Assembly: GCF_964355755.1 (NCBI RefSeq)
Contig: NC_092673.1
Coordinates: forward strand, 22,813,648-22,877,647
Direction: 5' to 3'
DNA length: 64,000 bases
Origin: Antedon mediterranea
Lineage: Eukaryota > Animalia > Echinodermata
The notes below the pieces were generated by a model, which saw only the letters and a program-made list of their open reading frames with translations, had not been told where the DNA came from and searched no databases. The first letter of the stretch is position 1. The number at the start of each line of letters is the position of its first letter. The position numbers and the translations under genes were made by a program. Shown here piece after piece: positions 25,708 to 37,100 of the stretch.

Positions 25708-26960
25708 TAGGAGGCGCTGGGGTCCGGGACGACCGAAACACAACTGGTGTCGGCCTAGGTACATTGACAGATCCCGGGCCGACGACTCATGGCGCAACCC
25801 CATACTTCTGTTTGGGTTCTAGTTGTCAATAGATATTAATCAAGTGTATGTTCCTATAAGTATCCGTGAATAAGTGCATTTTGTAGGATAGTAGATAATA
25901 AATAAATCATTTTGCTTGACAAATCCAAAAGAAATTACTCACATTCTTTAGCTTTCGCCATCTTGACTGATGGCTTGATCACAAGTGATCCGGTCCACTA
26001 CTACTTCCTGGAAATCTGTTGTTATTGTTTCTAGGTGACGTCATACTTTTTCGTAGCAGTGATGTGTATACGTGATCGAGATGTACAGCCCCTTCGTCGC
26101 GGTTGATTGATTTTTTTTATACGTTAGGTAGGAGGCGCTGGGGTCCGGGACGACCGAAACACAACTGGTGTCGGCCTAGGTACATTGACAGATCCTGGGC
26201 CGACGACTCATGGCGCAACCCATACTTCTGTTTGGGTTCTAGTTGTCAATAGATATTAATCAAGTGTATGTTCCTATAAGTATCCGTGAATAAGTGCATT
26301 TTGTAGGATTGTAGATAATAAATAAATCATTTTGCTTGACAAATCCAAAAGAAATTACTCACATTCTTTAGCTTTCGCCATCTTGACTGATGGCTTGATC
26401 ACAAGTGATCCGGTCCACTACTACTTCCTGGAAATCTGTTATTGTTTCTAGGTGACGTCATACTTTTTCGTAGCAGTGATGTGTATACGTGATCGAGATG
26501 TACAGCCCCTTCGTCGCGGTTGATTGATTTTTTTTATACGTTAGGTAGGAGGCGCTGGGGTCCGGGACGACCGAAACACAACTGGTGTCGGCCTAGGTAC
26601 ATTGACAGATCCTGGGCCGACGACTCATGGCGCAACCCATACTTCTGTTTGGGTTCTAGTTGTTAATAGATATTAATCAAGTGTATGTTCCTATAAGTAT
26701 CCGTGAATAAGTGCATTTTGTAGGATTGTAGATAATAAATAAATCATTTTGCTTGACAAATCCAAAAGAAATTACTCACATTCTTTAGCTTTCGCCATCT
26801 TGACTGATGGCTTGATCACAAGTGATCCGGTCCACTACTACTTCCTGGAAATCTGTTGTTATTGTTTCTAGGTGACGTCATACTTTTTCGTAGCAGTGAT
26901 GTGTATACGTGATCGAGATGTACAGCCCCTTCGTCGCGGTTGATTGATTTTTTTTTTTTT
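25708..26960 (-). repeat. Three tandem copies of a ~419-bp unit containing a putative promoter and first coding exon
   Basis: Units start near 25711, 26132 and 26549 and are nearly identical; each has, on the minus strand, TGACGTCA, CAGGAAGT, and CAAG-ATGGCGAAAGCTAAAGAAT-gtgagt. Confidence 0.9.
25943..26043 (-). promoter_or_regulatory. Putative core promoter/first exon (CRE, ETS-like site, YY1-like AAGATGGCG start context, consensus donor); repeated in copies 2 and 3
   Basis: CRE 26036-26043; ATG 25961-25959; donor gtgagt from 25942; CpG-richer than the flanks. Confidence 0.55.
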
Positions 26961-27204
26961 TCTAGGCCCTAGTAGTAAAACCTAGGCTAGAGAGAGTATT
27001 TGATTTGATCTTCAACCTAAAAGGCTTGGGCTAGGCCTACGACTTGTTTCACATAACTGAGATAGTTACAGTCAGTCTACCTACATAGATGAGACGGTGT
27101 ATCTGGCTCACCATAGTGCACTATTATAATTTGACAATATTTACTAATGGCTCTGGGGAACCCCTGCACTAACATCCCATGTGGGTTGTTTAGATGTTTG
27201 ATTG

Positions 27205-27370
27205 TTTACCTCCGCCAAGGAGGTATATGTAAGCGATCGCATGTGTTTGTTTGTCTGTTTGTTTGTTTGTTAGCAGGATTACTTAAAAAGTAATTACAAG
27301 TTCTTTACCAAAATGAATCTACATATATGTGGTCAAGGACCATTCCATTAAATTTTGGGACCATTTGGGA
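27205..27370 (+). mobile_element. 5' fragment of another HINE-type element
   Basis: ttacctccgccaaggaggta inverted repeat followed by (GTTT/GTCT)n and agcaggattac. Confidence 0.65.
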
Positions 27371-27562
27371 CTTGAAGTAAAGTATAGTTTTCAGACCTGC
27401 TAGTGTTAAAAGATAGAACAGAAATTTCAAAAGCCGGTGAGCAGTCTTAAAGTAAAACAAGTGAATCATTGGATTTCAAAATTGTTTCTATAGCAAATAA
27501 TAGAGACTAGAAATGGGTTTGAATGAAATATACATTAAATATACATTAAACCTTTTAGTATA

Positions 27563-27755
27563 AACTAGAATTTAATTCGTCACTTTGACGAATTATAGGT
27601 GATCATTTTTATCATTTTACTGAAATAAATTTATTTTTTGACATGCACGTACGTACAAACGATCAGAAAATGTTGATGTATGCCATCCTATTATACGCTT
27701 ATAGTGCTGAGTTGTGCCTATTATATGCCATATACAATATTTACAGTATATAATG
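27563..27755 (-). mobile_element. Truncated HINE family A copy
   Basis: Near-identical to 40604-40790. Confidence 0.8.
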
Positions 27756-27944
27756 TAATAAAGAGCACCCATAAAATGTGTAAACGCATCACCCACAAAT
27801 GTAATAAAGAGCGCCCACAAAATGTGCAAACGCATCACCCACAAATGTGAAAAAAACGAGTGCTGCCATGAAGCATAATTAAATCATGATAAGCAGTTAT
27901 TTTATAATTTGTTGTGTAAAAATATATCTTTAAACTACTCATAC

Positions 27945-28119
27945 CATTTTTCCCAGCATAGCTTCTGTTGAAACCTCCTTTATTAATCTTGTTAATGGTT
28001 CCTTCATCAGTGCCATGGTACAAGACTCGTTCATATTGTGTACCTGGCATGGTCTTCGCAAATGTTTCCTGTTTGGCAGTGTAATGGTTCCATAACTCGA
28101 TGTTTTGAATGCGACTGAT
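27945..28119 (-). CDS. PARP14: PARP14-like exon, ART domain with catalytic His motif
   Basis: ISRIQNIELWNHY...ERVLYHGT...GGFNRSYAGKN; gtatga donor, phase 1. Confidence 0.9.
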
Positions 28120-31100
28120 CTATAAAAAGTATATTATTATAATGTACACATTCTATGGACAGTTTGATATGTTTGTAAATTCAGGTGACGTCGTTTTAGT
28201 AAAATGTTGATACATAGGCATATGTTGGCTAACATCAACAGCCCATCAAAAGTCCAGCGTATAAGTAAAATGTCGGTACTGTACACGTATGTTATACATC
28301 CATGATGTATGTTGGCTGTTCATCGAAGTGTGTAGACAAAACAATTAAACTAGTTAAAAATGTGTATCAAGACCTTACAAACCTTGACTATAGCCTGTAT
28401 TTGATACTGTCCATCTAATGAAGCAGTAAACTTATCCACAACATCGTGATATTCACTACTACCTGATAGAACATCTTTAACTTCGAGTTGTTGACTTTTA
28501 TTCCTATTTGACCAAGTGGTAGGGACACTTAATCCAACTAATAAATAAAAAATTGTTGTTATAGATCAAAATTAATTACTGTACTAGCAATTTTTGACAA
28601 TTTAGAGACTATCCCTATTATGTTTTAGACTACCACCACAGCCATGACTCATGTTTTCCTCAATTCTGATATACAGTACTAAACTCAATACATTTGAGAA
28701 CCGTTGTGACCTGTAAATCCCACCCCATATTCTTAAGACTACTACAGAGTAGTAACTGGCTTTGCCTGCAAATTTCAGTTTATTTCTGAGAATCTGCCTG
28801 CAGCTTCTAAAAAATGTTTACTATACGCATAGAGTAATAATGTTGTTATATTATACTTTGAAGCATAAAACAAAATATATACCGGTACGTCTCCAGAACC
28901 AGCCATACCATGGATATAGAAAAAAAATTGAAAAAAAAGAGAGCTCTATGTTCCCAGACAATGCACTAACTGTATATTGTACATCAAAATATGAAACGAA
29001 ATGTATAAGTATCCATGACCAGCTCTATAATTGGGGACGATTGAGCTAAGACAATTTTGAAAACTAGAGCTGCAGGTCTTCAAAAACTACACTTATGACT
29101 TTAAAAAATTCAGGCCTAAAGGCCTAAAAAAGTGCCCCTTTTTACCTTTATTTGGAGGGGAATGCGTCCGCAAGCGTAGACCATTTTCCCTCGGGGAAAA
29201 TCAGTTTATTTCCCAGATGTGAATCTGGAATTTTGATGTATGATGAGCAGTTCATGACATACAGGACATTGGAAATGTAATAACTTAGCTATAATAAGAT
29301 GTTGGAAAAATGTTTGTTTAGTGATGTAGGCGAGCCTACAGTGAAACGTCTATTTTAGGTACCCCACGGTACAGGGTTAATCGTAAATAAAAAAAAACAA
29401 TAGATCGCGAACATAATTCGTACCCTTTTGCTGTACAGCGTACTTCAATACACAGTTCACAACGTAACGCTTCGGTAAAGTTCGCCTGGAAACTAACAGT
29501 ACACATTCTGGTCCCTGGATAGAACATAATATCACGCGTAAACCACAATGGGCCAAGCCCAATGTTAAACAATTCGTACAAAGGGACACCGCCAGACAAG
29601 TGCGTACCTATTGTTTATTAGATCGCCGGCAATAATGCATGCAAAAAAGTGTAATAGCTCTCCGTCCGACGTACTAAAAAAATGGAACGAAGTGAACACG
29701 AATGATTTTTACTGTATATTATATTCCCCGACGAAAAAGGGGGGGGGGCGCGCTAGGTTCCCCGACAAGGGGGCTACTCCGTTTGTTGGATAATCTCTCT
29801 TATGACATTATATCCAATGATTGGATGTAGGAAACAATGTGGGAAATGTTGATTGATTTCCTGTTGAAAGTGCTAACCATTCTAGGTACGGAATGTCTGT
29901 TCCATTACATGCTGAAAGCTTAATTAAGATCCGACTCCAACAGCTCACGTAAAATCCTGTAATATATCAGAAAATCTGTTCATCCACCATACCTGTGATC
30001 CTGTGTCAAATAATTTGATGACACACGTCATGTTACCAATAAGTTTGACAATGTGTTTTTGGATAAGATGACTGACTGGATGACTAGTGGATTCAAAGAA
30101 TCTTCTACTCCTATTTTCTTTAGGGGACCTCTCCGTGTCTATGGTCTCTTGCGTTGCACTGGATTGACCGTTGTTCGTTTCTTTGTCTCCTACAGCCTCT
30201 AGCAAAGTGGTTGGATCTACCGCACTTAAAACAGTGTTTACATTCTGCTCCTTTCCCATTCTGTTTTCACATCCTCTTTCTCGAGTCTTCCTTTCAGTTC
30301 TCGGTTGTACCATGTCCGTGTCTTCATCCCTTTTATCCTGCTGTCCATCTGCTACTATGGAAGCAGTGCTGATGTACGTTTTTCCTTTCTGGGATCTAAT
30401 TCTCTCTTCTAAATTATCCACCAGTGCCAAGGCAATTTTCAGTGTTTGAATGAAGGTGTTTTGCACAAATTCCGCATCATTATTTATTGTTGATTTGTCT
30501 TCTTGAGATGGAAAAGTTACTCGTTGGCGAAGGCTCTTTGCCCGCATCACAAAATCTTGTGTTGCTTCAGATTTTCAAAGTGATACTGCTGCAAGTTCTT
30601 GATACAAATCCATAGCATCTCTTTCTTTGTAAGGGGTCTCAAAATCCTTCGTAATTGTGGTAATTTGACATCAATTCTCCCTTTCAGGTAGATTCTTAGT
30701 GGTAGCTCCGGGCTTAGCGCCTACGAGAAAATCACCAAGATCTCTCTTGAAGTATAACCTTTTTGAACTGAATCCTCTATTTGAATGACGAGACTATAGC
30801 TTCCCTGTATGGCCAGGTGCCCCAATCTGTTTACTCAGCTTCAGATCTCGTCTACCCCATGAAAATTAAAGCACCCACAAGCCCTTATTCTCTGGCGTTG
30901 GTATCTCACCCCCTGCAGACGTCACCTGATTTACTGCAACTTGGATTACTTCCTTCGGTGCCACAAATTCACCAACTATTAGTTCCAAAATGCTAATATT
31001 TTATCTTCCATTGCATCTACCTCATCACCATCCAAGATTATATTATTTATTAATTGCCTTTAACCCTATACATTTTGTTTTGTCTGTCATCAATTCCTTT

Positions 31101-34100
31101 AGCTTTAGATATTTTGCCACTTCGTTTACTTGTTTTGACATCAGCGTGTACAGTGCACTGTGTAACCCTCTCTATCTAGAATTTTATAACTTCTTCTTTC
31201 TCATTCACTTTCTATTTTGGTCCTGGTAGGATCACCAGATTTGACATATGTTTCCAGGACATTTCAAGATAGTCATGAATGAGTAAGAATCTGTGGAATA
31301 AAGTACGTAACACATGTAGTTGGTTTTGCATCAGACTATTTAATCAAACTGTACTAAATCTCACTCTCATATAGTGTAATACATTCACAATATATAACAA
31401 TAGTTATTATAAAAACCAAAAATAAATCTACTTTGTGTGTATCAAAGAATAGACACAATTCATCACTGTAAACATTTACTTCATGTCATAGAATGAATGG
31501 CATAATCATTTTCAGCGTTCATATTTTGCGTTTGCGCGGACAACCCAAACAGCAACGCTTAATCTATGTTCGGACCCATGGTGTTATAGTGTACAACGTT
31601 AATAGCAAGGTCACTTACAAACCGCAGAAAAAAAAAAGGTACATAGCGTACGAATATCAACGGAAGAGCGTCATTCAGGTTGTTCTAGTGCATATTCATG
31701 TGCTCTTATCCTCATGTTTCATCATTATTTCTACTGTGTAGGCCTAGACCGTGAAAAATAAGTGCCGTAAATAAATTTTTTCAATAAAGTACAGCCAAAT
31801 TTCTGTTTCTGTTGTTTTAATTTTGTATTAAACAATTTCCCCCAGGCTCTTGCAATGCGAAAGCAGGCCTCAAGATGGAGATATCATTCAGTAGGCATGA
31901 TTCTATTCTATATACAGTATAGTACTTTGTATAGGAAGTTATGTTAACCACATGGAGGAAAAAAATTATTGTGATTAGTCAGTTAAAATAACCCTAACTT
32001 GCTAGTAAAAAAGACACAGCTTCCCTTGTTTTTGTAATTTGTTATTGGTTGCCTGTTGTATGTAGGATCAGTTAGTGGGGTTTCAGCATTTAACCTGTCC
32101 AGTTTAGCCTGCCTTGTATAATATTATGAAGTGACTTGATGTCTCACGCTAGTTTTTAGCTTGAATGAATGCATGAATGGCTCTAGGAGGAGATGGGATC
32201 AAAGTCCCTGTGTTTAAATACAAGGTGCATTTTTAATTTCATGTAATGGCAATTTAAACAAATAATTGTTAACAAGTTGATACATGTAGTTTGTAGCCTA
32301 GTATTTGAATGTAGTCTAATATAGGCCTTAGTCTGGCATTTTTTGTTGTTGAAACCCATCTTACACATTGATGATACAGGATTTCAGCCTAGGTTAAACC
32401 TTCTTTCGCGTCATAACAGGAAATGTTCTAATTAACTTTTTTCAATTAAAACGCTACAAGCGTCGTACGACGTATTATACGCTAATTTTTTTTAGCATCT
32501 TCGTTAAAACGCTATATAACGTCATGGGTCTGAACAGAGCCTAACTAACGCTTTTGTTAGAAACTGAAGTGTCCCTAATTTGAGCGAACATCTGGTTTGC
32601 AGGAGTAAATTTGATTGGTTGGAGGTTAAAATCATTGTCTTTTCTTAGTTTGGATTTGTACACCGCATTCGATACGAAATCATAACTCTAAGTCTGAACA
32701 TGCCCTAACCCAAGTAATATCGGAAAAAAATACAAACATATTTAAACTTAATTGTTAAAAAGTAAAATAACTATTATACAGTACCATTAACTTCCTGGCG
32801 ATGAATTCTACTGGTTGTATTCTGTTTTAAATCAGTTTCTATCATCTTCTTGAAGTTCACTTCATACTTATGATCATTATCTGCAGTATATTCTACTCGT
32901 TTCTCTTTCTTTTTGTAGGCTCTTTCCAATAAAACTGTAATACTATCATCAAAGTCTACCATTTCACCATTTTCATTTTTGTAAAGCCATTTAACTTCTT
33001 TTAAAATTAAAGCCTTCTCTTTGTCTTCTTTTTCAGCTTTGTATATATTTTCTGTCAAATCAGTGATATCATTGATAGCAGCCATTACGTTAACAGTCCT
33101 GCCACGTATTTTAACAATGTTTGAACTGATACTTGTAGTGTCAATTTCCACCTGAAATAAAATAAGTTTGATAGCATGTTACATCAGACTACCAGTTACT
33201 AACTTTCTGGTATTTTTCCTGAATGTCAATCCCAATCCCCTCCCCTCCGTCCCTTCCTATTAATAAGTGCACATTTTTTGTATTGCTTTTTGGTAATAAA
33301 TAATCAAGAAACGGCTCATTGACAGTTATGTACAAAACTTATATTCTAGCTTTTGTATACATACCTCATGTTTGCAAGCTATCTCAAATAACTTAACTTC
33401 GTATTGTTCGATGAATCGACTGAAAACTTCTTTTTTTAAGGTCTAGATAAAATAAACAAGTAAAATAGAACAATTACTTCTTAATATTCTTCAGGTTTAT
33501 CCTTTAAACATAACAGAGATTTGCCTTCGTATCTATTAGTAGTATAAAAAATTAGGAAAACCATATAATCTTCATTCTGTTTATTCAATATATATTGACG
33601 ACGTGATATAATTTAAATACACAATACTAGAAATTAATGTAGGATGTTATTCAGTTCTCGTATTTGTTTTTTGTTTTTTGTTAAAAGATTAATTGTTTGT
33701 GTTTCCAGAAATAACCTTTTTATATATTTTTTTTTGTGGAATAATTCTAGGACATTAGCAAAGTAATATTGTTAAAACTATATATTTAATTCATAAGTTA
33801 GCTGAAATTATAAAAATATAAATTGGAACTAGAATTTACTTTGACGAAATAGGTGATCATATTTATAATTCTACTGACAATTAATTTTAAAGAAACATGC
33901 ACGTACGTTAAAATACGATCGTAAAAAGTTGATCCTACGACATGATACACTTATAGTGCTGAGTTGTACCTATTTGTCATAGACTATGTACAGTACTGTA
34001 TATCCATATACAGTGTAGCATAGTTGAAATTACGGGAACCACATCATGTTCTAATTTTTGGGTATGATGACGTTATCAAAATAAACTTAAAGATGACAAT

Positions 34101-37100
34101 TTTGAAAGATAATGAATTGAGCAAAAAAATATAAGATTTGGAAGAAAATTTGGCATGTAGAAGCGCACTGCATGCTTTTTGAAATTTGTATAAATTTGAC
34201 AAAAGAGATAAAAAAAATTACTTTTTACCTTCAACCCATATCATAACGTTACAACATCCGTTATTTTTTTTATTTTTAATTCTGAAAAGCTGTGAGATAT
34301 TCAAATATACACTGAAGTTGAAATTCACGACCTACATTATTCAAGATGTTTGGCGTGTGATGTCATCAAAATGAAAATGAGAAAATCATGAGAAAGATAA
34401 TTAAATGAGCAAGCTCACAACATTTTGTACGTCAAGTGTACACGAATACATATCTACAACTCAATGGCTTCCAGAATAATTAAAAAAATTGGGGATCACC
34501 TTGCATTCTGAAGAGTTATTTTCATATTCAAAAGGCTCTATTTTTTTAATCATTTTCAGCACATTTGTGAAATTAATGAGCACATTTTGTCAGTTTTACG
34601 TGCTCATATAGCGTTATTTTGAGTCGCAATAGACTCAAATTCGGTGAATGTACTAAGGATTGTGAGTAGAATATGATTTGTACAATAAAATATATTTTTT
34701 ACTCTTTCTAAGAATCACATGAGCAAAAATGTGTTTTTGCACAGTAATTATTTTAAACACACAAATGACCTAATCATGCTCTAAATTGATCAAAACTTAA
34801 TTTTGAGCTTTTTAAATTTGTAATGCGCAATTTCATGCCGATGACCTTAGAACGCTCAAGTTTTTATTTGCTAATATTTTTACCCTTGACCTGAAGTTTA
34901 CATATAGTGATTTTATTTTATTTCACAAAATGGCATATAAATTACATCACGGATGAGTGATCACGATGAAAATGATGAATAATGAAAATTAGGATTAAGT
35001 TAAATTGTTTTTTGATTATTGACATTTAACATTTTGAGATAATTGTTACACAAAATAGTGCACAGAAAGAATAATAATAACTAAGACATTGAAACTCGTC
35101 AAAGTGACAAGTTAGTTATCCGCACGACAAATGCCACGTGCACGTCATACGTTGGAATATATTGCACATAGAAAAAGATTATGGCATTATGACCTGAACT
35201 GAAGAATATGATATTACATACAGTGTAGAATAGGTGAAATTACGGGACAAAGTTATGAAATGTTATGTTTACCCATTTTAGAGATACGTTCTGCACAAAA
35301 AGTAAGGGAGAAAGACAGAAGAATAATATAAAAGAGAAACAGGACGATTACAAGGAGTTATCCGCTCAATGCGGATAACTAATAATACAGAAAAAAATAT
35401 GATGAAACAGGACAATTACAAGGAGTTATCTGCTACTATAGCGGATAACTAATAATACAGAAAGAAAAATGATGATCCCATACAATAACAAGGAGTTATC
35501 CGCCAAGTGCGGATAACTAATAATAAAAATTTCATACAATAACAATAATTATATTGTGATCATTTTATTCTAAATGATCACCTAAAAATATTATGGAAAC
35601 TAACTGTTTGTGTTATTTCTTCGGCTATTATTGATTGTAATTTGCCTTTGGCTCCTTTTATCCGTTCCTCATCCAATGATATAATGTTTAAGGTGAGTTT
35701 TTGACTTATATCAGACCTTTTATCATTTGAGTTGTCAGCTGTACTTTTTTTTGACCAGGTTGACTTAAACAAATCTATTATAATGTGAAAAAAAGCATCT
35801 TATTTGGTAAATAAATATATTCTACTTCTAGAGGGTCACATTGCAATTATTAAGGACAAAATTACCGTTTGTGAAATGGATTGAAATAATAATAATAACC
35901 TATTGGTTGCAACACTGTTTTCTGTAGACTTAAGGCATGCTTTGGATGTTGTCTTAAACCACAGTCAGACCTATTGCAATATATATTTTAGAATTATGTT
36001 TTATTTTCAAAGGTAGAGGTGTTGTGTAAATTGTTCATGAGTGTGTCCATTTAATTTGTAAATGTGTAAGTTACAATAATTACCAATGCCTTTCTGGAAA
36101 AACGTTTTCTCTTTGAGAGTTTTACCCTCCATTTCTTGCATAACTGATATAAATTCTTCGGTCATACGTTTATCAAACACAATTATTGAGATGTTTCGTA
36201 AGTGAGTTGGTGTTTCTTTAATGGAAAATTCATAAATGCATTCTAAAATAAATGTAGCTGCTTCTCTAGGCTCTTTGCCAATGTTTCCTAGAATGCAAAA
36301 AGTTATTGTTATAACAGACGCAAACATTAGCATGGTGGGTCGCACATAATTATAGCCCACCCGAACTTTCACACACACATTTATAACATACACATTTTAT
36401 GGGCTTGAGAACCTTGTTGAACCCACAAATGTGAAAATGCCCACAATGTGAAAACAACCACAAATGTGAAAACAACCACAAATGTGAAAACAACCACAAA
36501 TGTGAAAACGCATCACCCACAAATGTGAAAACAACCACAAATGTGTAAACGCATCACCCACTAATGTGAAAACAACCACAAATGTGAAACCATCACCCAC
36601 AAATGTAATAAAGAGCACCCACAAATGTGAAAATGCATCACCCACAAATGTGGAAAAAACTACAAATGTGTAAACGCATCCACTAATGTGAAAACACATC
36701 ACCCACAAATGTAATAAAGAGCGCCAACAAATGTGAAAACAACCACAAATGTGAAAACGCATCAACCACAAATGTGAAAACAACTACAAATGTGTAAATG
36801 CATCCACCCACTATTGTGAAAAATTAGATGTTCGGTGTTTATTGCGTGCATGCACGATTCTACAAGATCAAGGTCCTATACCATTAATTTGTTGGCTTAC
36901 TATGTACGTATAGTCAATGTTCAGTGTTTGTTGTGCGCGTGCACGACACTACAAGGTCAAGATCATTTGGTACTCATGTTAACTCGTTGGTCTACTATGT
37001 AGGCATGTACAGCAGGATGCAATTGGTATATGACCTTGTAGTATCGTGCGTAACAAACACCAACTAGAAACTATACGTACATAATAGTAAGACAACGAGT

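Noticed and set aside
36350-36783. Cys/His-rich ORFs (FHICGC repeats) resembling zinc-finger or metallothionein proteins
   Set aside because: Translation of CACAAATGT subterminal repeats of a non-autonomous element
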